From a virus (lineage: Duplodnaviria > Caudoviricetes): 64,000 nucleotides of DNA. A program made the position numbers and the translations under genes. The stretch covers positions 96,001-160,000 of IMG/VR virus record IMGVR_UViG_3300037466_003648; one strand, given 5' to 3'. Numbering within the stretch: the first letter of the stretch is position 1; the number at the start of each line of letters is the position of its first letter. The notes under the pieces were generated by a model. That model made no database searches. It was not told where the DNA came from and saw only the letters and a program-made list of their open reading frames with translations. This document shows positions 25,281 to 33,975 of this stretch, one piece after another.

Positions 25281-27395
25281 GTGGCAGACCTCCAAGACGG
25301 CTTCGGCAGCGCCCCCGTAAAGATGCGCAGCGCCGATGCCGAGGCGCCCAAGGAAAAGGCGGCGCCGACCGTGAGCCTGCCCGATGGCTTCGGCAGTGGC
25401 GAGAAGCGTGCCCCGCGCAGCCTCGAACGCCTCAACGATGACCAGCGCGAGATCATCGCGTCCAAGGCGAAGCGCAAGCTCGTCGTGGCGGGCGCGGGCA
25501 GTGGCAAGACCTCCGGTGTCTTGCTGCCCGCCTGTGACCAGCTGTACCTCGATCGACCCGGCCGCATCGGCATCTTCTCGTTCGGCAAGCTCATCAAGGA
25601 GGAGCTGGAGGAGAAGATCCAGACGGTCCTCGATCCCATAGCAGCGAGCAAGACCAAGGTGTGGACGAACCACGCGATTGGTTTGCGCATGGTCATGAAC
25701 AACCTGGAAGAGCTGGGGCTGCCCAAGGACACCGAGTTGGAGGGCACCCTCTGGAAGATGGTGGCCTGGCTGCGTGAACAAACCGCCGAAGAGACGCGCC
25801 AATCGGCCGCCAACCGGACGCCGCATTTCCGCTTGGAGTTCGGTGGCTTCTCGGATCCCCAGATCAAGGCGCTGCTTGCGATCGAGGAGACCTTGATCGC
25901 CAACGGTGAGCCGCTCGACGGCGAGAAGATCGGGCAGCAGCTGTCCGCCTTCAAACCGCTGGAGCAGTTGATGCGGAGCCCGGATGGTAAGCGCATCGCG
26001 TGGAGCTACATCCACTGGGCGCGCACCATGCGCATGGTGCGCGGCAAGCTGATGTTCCGGGACCTGCTGCCCCTGGCGGCGCTGTTGCCCGATGAACGCT
26101 TCCGTTCGCTGAACCTCAAGCACATCCTCGTGGACGAGGCGCAGGACTTGTCGGCCGACCAGCACGCGGTCATGCGCAAGCTCTCGAACGTGGTAGAAAC
26201 CACCCTGTTCGTGGGCGACCCGGCCCAGTGCATCTACCGCTTCAGCGGCTCGCGTCCCGATCTGTTCATGGGCATCAAAGACTCCTACCAGGATGTCCAG
26301 ATGTTCACGATGGGTGTGAACTACCGCTGTGACGAGCCAATTCTGGACCTCGCCAACCACATGCTCAAGAACGTCATCCAGTCCCCGGTGCGCTTGTCGC
26401 CCCCGGAAGACCGGATGGGCGGTCCCATCGAAACAGGCAACGCCACGGGCAAGGAACTGTGCGGTTGGATCGAGAAGCGTATAGCCGACGGCGAGCAGAA
26501 GCGCGACATTGTGGTGCTCACCCGCACCAACGCCCAGCTGTTGACCATCGAGTTGGCGCTGACGCGCGCGGGCATCACCTACAACTGCTGGAAGGGTTCG
26601 CTCTTCGAGCACCAGGCGGTTGACGACTTCTTGGCGTACGTACGCTTCCTGGCCTCCGAGCGCTCCGCGAGCGACTGGAGCAAGATCGTCACGCACATCA
26701 AGTTCCTGGGGAAGAAGACGGCCGACGACGCTTGGGACATCTCGCAGGGCGACCCGCTCAAGATGCCCAGCAGTTGGTACCCCTCGACGGTTAAGGGCGA
26801 CGCGGCGAAGAAGCGCTGGTTTGATCTCACCGGTCGCCTGCGCGAGCTGCGCGACCGGATGCAACCGCGGGAGTTTGGCAGTGCACAGGTCACCTGGCCG
26901 TCCGTATTGTTCAACCAGCTCAAGGGTGTCTGGCTGGAGCGCTGGCCGGATGACCCGGACAGGTTGCGTGAAGCGGAAGAGATCGGCGAGGTCTTCGTCG
27001 AGTGGGCCAGTGAGATTGCCGATCCCATTGCCTTGCTCGACCAGATCGAGACGATGTCCGTCCAGGACCCCAATGGTGTCGTGCTCTCTACCCTGCACAA
27101 GTTCAAGGGTTTGGAGCGCAACTCCGTTGTTGTCTGGAACGTGGGCATGGGCAAGTCCAAGGGTCTCTTCCCCCGCAATGGTGGCGACGCCGAAGAGGAA
27201 GCGTGCATCTTCTACGTGGCCGTCACCCGCGCGCGGCACCATCTCCTGTTGCTCAAGAACATCGAGTGCGCCTGGCCCTACGGGATTGACACGATGTTCT
27301 GCCAGCAAGGTCTCTTGCTCCCAGTCCACGGTACACAGAAACCCTGTGTCTCGTGTCCCTACGAGTTCTCGTGCCTAGCCAAGCTAGGTGCATAG
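25281..27395 (+). CDS. UvrD/Rep-family SF1 helicase with C-terminal 4-Cys module
   Basis: AGAGSGKT, VDEAQD, VGDPAQCIYRFSG, NYRC, STLHKFKGLE, YVAVTRAR. Confidence 0.92.
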   Translation: MADLQDGFGSAPVKMRSADAEAPKEKAAPTVSLPDGFGSGEKRAPRSLERLNDDQREIIASKAKRKLVVAGAGSGKTSGVLLPACDQLYLDRPGRIGIFSFGKLIKEELEEKIQTVLDPIAASKTKVWTNHAIGLRMVMNNLEELGLPKDTELEGTLWKMVAWLREQTAEETRQSAANRTPHFRLEFGGFSDPQIKALLAIEETLIANGEPLDGEKIGQQLSAFKPLEQLMRSPDGKRIAWSYIHWARTMRMVRGKLMFRDLLPLAALLPDERFRSLNLKHILVDEAQDLSADQHAVMRKLSNVVETTLFVGDPAQCIYRFSGSRPDLFMGIKDSYQDVQMFTMGVNYRCDEPILDLANHMLKNVIQSPVRLSPPEDRMGGPIETGNATGKELCGWIEKRIADGEQKRDIVVLTRTNAQLLTIELALTRAGITYNCWKGSLFEHQAVDDFLAYVRFLASERSASDWSKIVTHIKFLGKKTADDAWDISQGDPLKMPSSWYPSTVKGDAAKKRWFDLTGRLRELRDRMQPREFGSAQVTWPSVLFNQLKGVWLERWPDDPDRLREAEEIGEVFVEWASEIADPIALLDQIETMSVQDPNGVVLSTLHKFKGLERNSVVVWNVGMGKSKGLFPRNGGDAEEEACIFYVAVTRARHHLLLLKNIECAWPYGIDTMFCQQGLLLPVHGTQKPCVSCPYEFSCLAKLGA

Positions 27396-27421
27396 TGCAT
27401 AACGATCCCGAGGAGGGTACA

Positions 27422-27826
27422 ATGACCAAGACCGATCCGCGTACGGCAGGTTTCCTCCGGGCGTACCACAGCTACAAGCTGCGCTACACAGGTGACTCCG
27501 AGCTGCAGTTGCTGCGTCGGATGGACGCCCGGATTCTCCCTTGCTTTGCCACTACGATCGAACACCCCCCGCTCTCGCCCTTGACCACCAAGACCCTCCT
27601 CAACGGGCTCGTAGACTTCGTCACTGCCATGGACAACCGCCTTGCGGAGCTGGGGCACGCCGAGTTCGTCGAGCACAGTCGGATCGTCGGCGCGAAGAAC
27701 TTCTTCGGCCGAGAGGGCATCGATGTCGAGGATGTGATGAAGCCAATGGTGGAACTGGACAACCAGAGCCCCATGCAAGCTTTCATCGCCGTCCGCAAGA
27801 GCCTGTGGGATCAGATCCCCACCTAA
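27422..27826 (+). CDS. hypothetical protein
   Basis: AGGAGG RBS before ATG 27422. Confidence 0.6.
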   Translation: MTKTDPRTAGFLRAYHSYKLRYTGDSELQLLRRMDARILPCFATTIEHPPLSPLTTKTLLNGLVDFVTAMDNRLAELGHAEFVEHSRIVGAKNFFGREGIDVEDVMKPMVELDNQSPMQAFIAVRKSLWDQIPT

Positions 27827-27846
27827 CCCATCAGGAGAAGAACTGA

Positions 27847-30558
27847 ATGTTCACCGAAGAGCTGCCGAAGGCTGCCCGCGCTCTACTGCCCACGCTCCGA
27901 CCAATGTCGGACAACTCCCTCACCGTCCTGAAGAAGCGGTACTTCGACAAGGACGACAACAAGACCTTCAAGGAAGACGAGAACGGCCTGTTCTGGCGGG
28001 TCGGCGAGTTCCTCGCCCGTGCCGAGCAGCTCTACAACTTCGGGTACAATCACCACCCCGAGATGGCGGTCGAGTTCTTCCGCCTGATGCGCGGCGGCTA
28101 CTTCCTCCCCAACTCCCCCACGTTGGCAAACGCTGGCACGCGGACCGGGCAGCTCTCCGCGTGCTTCGTGCTCCCGATTCTGGACTGCCTCTCGAACGGC
28201 AAGAACGGCATCATGGACACGCTCACCAAGGCACAGCTGATCTTCCAGACCGGCGGTGGTGTGGGCTACGCGTTCAGCCGCCTGCGCTCGGCCAACGCGC
28301 TGGTCGGCAGCACCAAGGGCACGTCGACCGGTCCGGTCTTCTACATGGACGTGTACGACGTCGCCTGCGAGAACATCAAGCAGGGTGGGATGCGTCGTGG
28401 TGCCCAGATGGGCATCCTGCGCGTCGACAGCCCGGACATCGTCACCAACCCGGACGCGCCCCTGGTCGATGGCAAGCCGTCGCAGGTGGGCTTCATCGAG
28501 CGCAAGAGCGACCTGACCAAGCTCACGAACTTCAACGTGAGCGTGGGCGTGACCGATGCGTTCCTGGAGGCCGTCGAGCGCGGTAAGCGCGGCGAGGACG
28601 ACACCTACGAGCTGATCGATCCCAAGTATGGGCCGACCGGTCGTCGCCTGTCCGCTACCATGGTCTGGAACCTGATCAAGGAGCGTGCGCACGCCACCGG
28701 CGAACCGGGTGTCGTGTTCCTCGATCGCATGAACGACGAGAACCCGGTGCCGGGTCTGGGCGAGTACGAAGCGACCAACCCCTGCGGCGAGCAGCCTCTG
28801 GTGCCCTACGAATCCTGCAACCTGGGCTCGATGGTCCAGGATCGCTACGTCAAAGAGCTGAGTGCTGCCAGCGATCGCCACGACGTGTTCTTGTACAGCC
28901 AGGACGGCAAGCGGGTCTTCGACCTGACTGCTTACCAGGCTGACATTCGCCTCTCGACGCGCGCCATGGACGACGTGGTAGACATGAACGAGTACGTTCC
29001 CGCGCGCGGCACGCCGGGCACGGAGAACTACTCGCCGGGCGTCCCCGAGATCAAGGAGACCACGCTCAAGACTCGCAAGCTGGGGCTGGGCATCATGGGC
29101 ATGGCACGCGCCTTGTTCATGATGGGTCTCAGCTACGACAGCGACGAAGGTCGCCGGATGGCGGAGTACCTGTACGCCATCCTGGACGTCACGTCCAAAG
29201 AAGCGTCGGTGCAGCTCGCCAAGGAGCGTGGCGCGTTCCCGTACATGCAAGAGAACTGGGACGAGTGCGTAGCGTTCTACACGCGCATCTGGTCCAAGCG
29301 CATCGCGCGTGCACGGGCGGCGGGTTTCCACACGATCGCCGATCGTTACGAAGCGCTGATCCCGCTGATGGCGGAGTACGGTATGCGCAACTCGACGACG
29401 ACCACGATCGCACCGACCGGCACGATCAGCATCATCGCCGAGACGTCGGGCGGCTGCGAGCCGGAGTTCTCGCTCTACACCTCGCGCTGGCAGGCTGGCG
29501 TCGAGATGGTCGAGCTGAATCCCGTCTTCATCGCCGAACTGCGCGAGCGGGACTTCACGGCTGCGGAGATCGATCTGCTGATCACCGTGCTGAAGGACCG
29601 CAAGCGCGGCAAGGGTTCGCTCAAGCAGACCCTCAAGTACATCGGTGCGGAGTTCAGCCCCGCGTCGGTGGCGCACCTCCACCAGTTGAAGGACATCTTC
29701 GTGGTGGCGGGCGACATCGCCCCGCGCGACCACGTCCTGATGCAGGCGGCGCTCCAGAAGTACAACGACAGCGCGTGCTCTAAGACGATCAACTTCCCCG
29801 AGGAAGCGACGTTGGAGGACGTGTCCGAGGCGTACGACCTGGCGGTCAGCGAAGGCTGCAAGGGCATCACGATCTACCGCGACAACTGCCGCGCGTTCCA
29901 GCCACTCACGGCCGGTTCCAAGGAAGAGGTCAAGGCGACCGTGCCGCTGGACGAGTTCAAGTTCGGTACCGCGCTTGTACTGGAGGAGCCCAGCGCCCCG
30001 CGTCCTCGCCCCGAACGCCTGCCCGGCTTCAACGAGCGGGTGGACACGGGCGACGGCACCCTGCACCTGCAGGTGGGCTACGACGAGTTCGGCATCCGCG
30101 AGGTGATTGCGAACGTCGGCAAGGGTGGTGGCACGATCAACGGACTGGTCGAAGCCATCGGGCGGCTCGTGAGCCTCGCGCTCAAGTACCGCGTGCCGGT
30201 GGGCGAGATCGTCAAGCAGCTGCGCGGCATCCGGTCTGCCAATCCCCAAGGGATTGGTCCGCGTCTGGTGTTGTCCGTCCCGGACGCGCTGGGCAAGGTG
30301 CTCGCGGCGGCGCCTGTCGAGTTGGTGGCGGCGACTTGGGGCGAAACCGAAGAGGAACCGAGCGAGGGTATTACCCACGCCGAGATCCCTCTGATGGAGA
30401 GCGTCACGTTCGCCAAGACCCAACCCGACAACTTGCACAGTGTGCACGACCTGGGCGAGAGCCCGGAGTGCCCGCAGTGCAGTGCCCCGATGAAGTTCGG
30501 GGAAGGGTGCCGGGGTGGTAGCTGCACCGATCCGACGTGCGGCTACGCCAAGTGCTAA
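27847..30558 (+). CDS. nrdJ: class II (B12-dependent) ribonucleotide reductase with C-terminal TSCPD-like and Zn-ribbon domains
   Basis: PNSPTLANAG, SACFV, NPCGEQPL, CNLGS, TIAPTG, SKTIN, GITIYR; C-terminal CPQC...C...C. Confidence 0.92.
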   Translation: MFTEELPKAARALLPTLRPMSDNSLTVLKKRYFDKDDNKTFKEDENGLFWRVGEFLARAEQLYNFGYNHHPEMAVEFFRLMRGGYFLPNSPTLANAGTRTGQLSACFVLPILDCLSNGKNGIMDTLTKAQLIFQTGGGVGYAFSRLRSANALVGSTKGTSTGPVFYMDVYDVACENIKQGGMRRGAQMGILRVDSPDIVTNPDAPLVDGKPSQVGFIERKSDLTKLTNFNVSVGVTDAFLEAVERGKRGEDDTYELIDPKYGPTGRRLSATMVWNLIKERAHATGEPGVVFLDRMNDENPVPGLGEYEATNPCGEQPLVPYESCNLGSMVQDRYVKELSAASDRHDVFLYSQDGKRVFDLTAYQADIRLSTRAMDDVVDMNEYVPARGTPGTENYSPGVPEIKETTLKTRKLGLGIMGMARALFMMGLSYDSDEGRRMAEYLYAILDVTSKEASVQLAKERGAFPYMQENWDECVAFYTRIWSKRIARARAAGFHTIADRYEALIPLMAEYGMRNSTTTTIAPTGTISIIAETSGGCEPEFSLYTSRWQAGVEMVELNPVFIAELRERDFTAAEIDLLITVLKDRKRGKGSLKQTLKYIGAEFSPASVAHLHQLKDIFVVAGDIAPRDHVLMQAALQKYNDSACSKTINFPEEATLEDVSEAYDLAVSEGCKGITIYRDNCRAFQPLTAGSKEEVKATVPLDEFKFGTALVLEEPSAPRPRPERLPGFNERVDTGDGTLHLQVGYDEFGIREVIANVGKGGGTINGLVEAIGRLVSLALKYRVPVGEIVKQLRGIRSANPQGIGPRLVLSVPDALGKVLAAAPVELVAATWGETEEEPSEGITHAEIPLMESVTFAKTQPDNLHSVHDLGESPECPQCSAPMKFGEGCRGGSCTDPTCGYAKC

Positions 30559-30575
30559 CCTGCTCCTGACGTGTG

Positions 30576-30614
30576 AAGGGGTGAGCTGGTGACAGCTCAC
30601 CCCTTTAGCGTTAT
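30576..30614 (+). terminator. intrinsic terminator after nrdJ
   Basis: 13-bp perfect stem AAGGGGTGAGCTG/CAGCTCACCCCTT. Confidence 0.75.
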
Positions 30615-30762
30615 GGTGACAAGTTTACACTTGTTGACATACACACGTTACAATACTTAATTGTCAATGCGAGCTAGGGATCTAGCAAGTTGCACAAGGT
30701 TCAGGGTATAGTCCTTTCGTCCACCAACCGAAGTTGTTGGTTAACCGAAAGGAACCTACTAC
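30615..30762. promoter_or_regulatory. AT-rich regulatory region with several inverted repeats
   Basis: TTTACA, TTGACA, TACAAT, TGTCAA and TATAGT elements; CCTTTCG/CGAAAGG stem covers the RBS. Confidence 0.5.
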
Positions 30763-31197
30763 ATGTCTGAGATGTCCGAGATTCCCATGGCCGAGCAGCT
30801 GGCAACGCCGGATGAGGTCATGATCGTGACCACCGAAGACTTTCTGCAGATGATGAAGGATCACTTCGAGAAGGTGCCCTTCGTTGCCCTGAACCTGACG
30901 CGGTCGCAGACCATGTCGCCTGCTGACGGCGAAGAAGGCTACACAATGGCGACCCTGGTGGCCGTGGCCTTCGAGCGCGAAGAGATCACGATGGTCCCTG
31001 GTGCGATGTCAATGCTGACCAACCACTCCCCGCTGGTCGTTGGTGCCGAAGCCGACGACACCGACATCCAGACCATGATCGACCAGGAGCTGTACGCCAA
31101 AGTCCCCGGCGCCATGAAGGTGCTGGAGGCCGACGTGCCCCAGCAGCTGCAGAGCCACCCGGAGCTGCCGCCCGGCACCACGGTGATGCAGTTCTAG
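30763..31197 (+). CDS. acidic hypothetical protein
   Basis: AAAGGA RBS; 144 aa. Confidence 0.7.
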   Translation: MSEMSEIPMAEQLATPDEVMIVTTEDFLQMMKDHFEKVPFVALNLTRSQTMSPADGEEGYTMATLVAVAFEREEITMVPGAMSMLTNHSPLVVGAEADDTDIQTMIDQELYAKVPGAMKVLEADVPQQLQSHPELPPGTTVMQF

Positions 31198-31200
31198 CGC

Positions 31201-31229
31201 TTGACACTTGGCAGCGCCTGCTCTAACGT
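31201..31229 (+). promoter_or_regulatory. sigma70-like promoter
   Basis: TTGACA-17 nt-TAACGT. Confidence 0.65.
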
Positions 31230-31258
31230 AGGATCAACTTGCTCCCGTTGGAGGAACC

Positions 31259-31990
31259 GTGGCCCACAAAACTGAAAGTGGTAAAAACAGTCGGGCGCCC
31301 CAAGCCCTGGAGAACCGCGTCGCCGAGTTGTTTCGCAAGTTCGGCTTCCGTCGCGCGGAACGTGTGATCAAGGAAGCCCACGACTCCCGTCCTGACGTCG
31401 AGGTTCCCGAGTTGCCAGGACTCGCGGTCGACAGCAAGTACTCCAAGGACGGCTGGACCAAGGCGCACAACTTCTTCATGAACCAGGTCGAGACCTACGT
31501 CGGCCAGCGTCGCAAGAACGAAGACAAGACGTACGAGTGGGCGGTGATGCCCATCCGTCCGGGTGGCAGCCCTGACATCCTTGTGGTGATGCGCATCGAG
31601 AAGTTCCTGGAGATGCTCCAGCAGCTCTTCCTGCGCAACAAGGATGGCGCCTGGGGTTGCATGCGCTGCGGCAGTCCGCTCGAAGAAACTGCCTGTTTCG
31701 CCGGTCAGTACCACTACCGCTGCACCGTGTGTAGCATGGAGTGCAGCACCAGCGAGACGCCGGACCCCAAGCACCGGGGCAGGATCTCCTCCCAGCGCGA
31801 GAAGCTGCGCGCCGCGGCACCCAAGCACGAGAAGTCCGTGATCAAGGACCACACGGTCCCTGCTACGACGGGTGATGGGCATCACCCATTGCCGGGTCAG
31901 TTGTCCGTCAAGGACGCCATCGAACGCTTCAAGAACCCACCCGCTGCCCCATCCACGCCCCGGCGCTCGAAGAAGAAGGAGACCCCATGA
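31259..31990 (+). CDS. PD-(D/E)xK Holliday junction resolvase-like nuclease with Zn ribbon
   Basis: ENRVAELF..FGF, PDVEV, VDSK; CMRC...CTVC. Confidence 0.6.
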   Translation: MAHKTESGKNSRAPQALENRVAELFRKFGFRRAERVIKEAHDSRPDVEVPELPGLAVDSKYSKDGWTKAHNFFMNQVETYVGQRRKNEDKTYEWAVMPIRPGGSPDILVVMRIEKFLEMLQQLFLRNKDGAWGCMRCGSPLEETACFAGQYHYRCTVCSMECSTSETPDPKHRGRISSQREKLRAAAPKHEKSVIKDHTVPATTGDGHHPLPGQLSVKDAIERFKNPPAAPSTPRRSKKKETP

Positions 31991-33225
31991 CGACCAACGG
32001 ATTGAACCTCAAGGGGATCGACTTCGCCTCCCACTCCAAGATGAACGTCTTCAACGAGTGCGGGCAGAAGTTCTTCTACGAGTACATCGACAAGTCGCGC
32101 GTCCGCATCGAGAAGGACTACTTCATCATCGGCAGCGCGTGCCACAAGTGCATCGAAATGTACTACCTGGACGACTCGGGCAGCATCAACCACCCGCTCG
32201 ACTACACGGACATTTACTGGCGCGACTGGCTGCGCTCCAAGCAGCTGGGCTTCCTGCTGGGCGACCTCAAGGTCATCGCGGCCGAGATCGCCCAGATCAA
32301 CAAGCGCTGCCGGGCAGACTACACGGGCGAGGATGCCATCCGCCGCGGCGCCAAGCCCGAGAAGGGCGAGAAGAAGTACCCGCGCGGCAAGGAGTACCAC
32401 AAGAACCCGGTCGCCGACAACCCGGCGATGACCGGCGACTACAAGCGCGCGATGGAAGAGCTGGACCTCGACCGGCGCATCCACGAGATCGATGTGCAGC
32501 TCGTCGCCAAGGGGCCGGAGTTCGCCAGTGTGTCGTTGTCCAACTGCTACGCCGAAGTGCAAGAGATCCTGAAGCACTACAAGGACCCGGAGTGCTTGGC
32601 CTCGGTCGATTACGTCGAGTTCCCCGTCTCCCACCGCGTGTGGGAGGGCAAGACCGTCGTGGACGTCATCAACCTGGTGAAGCTGCCCGGCAGTGATACC
32701 GACCTGATGAACGGCTACATGGACCTCGTGGGTACCATGACCGCGAAGTACGGCGGCGGCGTCGGTCTGGGCGATTACAAGTCGTCCAAGAAGGAGTGCA
32801 CCGTCCTGGAGGTGATGTACCACGCGCAGCTGAACAAGTACGCGTACATGTACTACGTCCTGTTCGGGGTCTGGCCGACGCATCTGTTCATCAACAACCT
32901 GCGCTTCGGTACCGTTACCATCGCGCCCTGCAAGCCGGAGATCGCCATGGCGATCGTCGAGCAGTACGCGGCCGACGTCAAGGCGTCCAAGATCGCGGCC
33001 AACTACCGCAAGAAGGACCCGTTTGGTTTCGACTCTCCGTGCCTGACGTTCGAGAAGGACGGCAGTCTGAAGGAGCACTGCCCGCACCTCGTGAAGTGCT
33101 TCAAGCACATCGCGGAAGAGCTGGGCGTCGCACCCAAGCCGCTGGCTGATGGGTTCGGTACGGCCGAGAAGGTCGTGCGTGCCGAAGCCCCGATCGCCAG
33201 TCCCACGCTGAAGGATGGCTTCTAA
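31987..33225 (+). CDS. PD-(D/E)xK exonuclease (RecB/Cas4-like)
   Basis: SHSKM.VF.EC, IGSACH, GYMDLV, GDYKSS, QL..Y; C-terminal Cys cluster. Confidence 0.8.
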   Translation: MTTNGLNLKGIDFASHSKMNVFNECGQKFFYEYIDKSRVRIEKDYFIIGSACHKCIEMYYLDDSGSINHPLDYTDIYWRDWLRSKQLGFLLGDLKVIAAEIAQINKRCRADYTGEDAIRRGAKPEKGEKKYPRGKEYHKNPVADNPAMTGDYKRAMEELDLDRRIHEIDVQLVAKGPEFASVSLSNCYAEVQEILKHYKDPECLASVDYVEFPVSHRVWEGKTVVDVINLVKLPGSDTDLMNGYMDLVGTMTAKYGGGVGLGDYKSSKKECTVLEVMYHAQLNKYAYMYYVLFGVWPTHLFINNLRFGTVTIAPCKPEIAMAIVEQYAADVKASKIAANYRKKDPFGFDSPCLTFEKDGSLKEHCPHLVKCFKHIAEELGVAPKPLADGFGTAEKVVRAEAPIASPTLKDGF

Positions 33226-33243
33226 GTCACTCCTCGTTAAAAC

Positions 33244-33321
33244 CCTCTCCTGAAGCGGATCTTGACAGACTCTACTCCTGTAGTATTATAGGAGTAATCG
33301 ATCAAGTCCATTCAGGAGAGG
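33244..33321 (+). promoter_or_regulatory. promoter embedded in a long imperfect hairpin that covers the RBS
   Basis: TTGACA(33262)-16 nt-TATTAT(33284); stems 33244-33254/33311-33321 and 33273-33282/33287-33296. Confidence 0.7.
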
Positions 33322-33323
33322 TC

Positions 33324-33671
33324 ATGACCACAAAGCCAACCCCACCGCTGCGCCACATGGAGTGGGTGCGCCTCGTCTGGAAGCAGACCGATGGCATCGA
33401 GCTGGAGGTCGTCCGCAAGGTGCTGCGCGCCGCCGTGGATGTTCTGGTTCGCGAGCTGCTCGCTGGTCGGACGATCTCGATCCGCAGCTTGGGCAGCTTC
33501 TTCACCTACGATCGCCCCGAGCGTCGGTTCTACAACCCGGCCGCCGGTGCCTTCGTCGACAAGCCCGTCACCCGTTTGCCCCGGTTCAAGTACTCGAACT
33601 GGCTCAAGAACCAGGTGATGGGCCGTCGCGTGAAGACCAAGGCGAAGGGCACGGTGTCCCCGGATGCCTAA
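33324..33671 (+). CDS. HU/IHF-like DNA-binding protein (divergent second copy)
   Basis: ISIRSLGSFF...RPERRFYNPAAG...PRFKYS..LK. Confidence 0.8.
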   Translation: MTTKPTPPLRHMEWVRLVWKQTDGIELEVVRKVLRAAVDVLVRELLAGRTISIRSLGSFFTYDRPERRFYNPAAGAFVDKPVTRLPRFKYSNWLKNQVMGRRVKTKAKGTVSPDA

Positions 33672-33972
33672 GCCTCATCCCGTCCGCGACAAGTTCCTCA
33701 AGTACCTCAAGGGTCCACTGGCCCATGACACCCCTTGGGTAGATGTCTCGGGCGTGTATATGGCGCACGAGGTTCGCGCTGCAATCAAGAAGATCGCCGC
33801 GACCGATCCCATTCTCCACCAGATCATCGACCAGTACGTGCGTACCCGCAAGGCGCGCATGCAGATCGCGCAGAGCGTGTCCTACGACTCGTCCACCGTC
33901 AAGCGCAAGCTCGACGAGGCTGCCGATCTGGTGATGCACAACCTCAAGCTCGACGCTCCCGAGGTCAAGTAA
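33664..33972 (+). CDS. HTH regulator (sigma region 4/ArpU-RinA-like)
   Basis: C-terminal RMQIAQSVSYDSSTVKRKLDEA helix-turn-helix pattern. Confidence 0.55.
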   Translation: MPKPHPVRDKFLKYLKGPLAHDTPWVDVSGVYMAHEVRAAIKKIAATDPILHQIIDQYVRTRKARMQIAQSVSYDSSTVKRKLDEAADLVMHNLKLDAPEVK

Positions 33973-33975
33973 ACC

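Noticed and set aside
27847-30558. Intein or intron in nrdJ (also checked terL, primase and helicases)
   Set aside because: No C/S...HN splice motifs or LAGLIDADG/HNH blocks are visible, and protein lengths fit uninterrupted enzymes.
8141-30600. Long minus-strand ORFs opposite real genes (e.g. 8141-10090, 20750-22327, 24657-27329, 27883-30600)
   Set aside because: They mirror motif-bearing + strand genes, lack RBSs and motifs, and are expected from high GC3 codon bias.
31987-33225. Cas4 as evidence of a CRISPR-Cas locus
   Set aside because: Stand-alone PD-(D/E)xK exonucleases are common in phage recombination modules; there is no cas1, cas2 or array.
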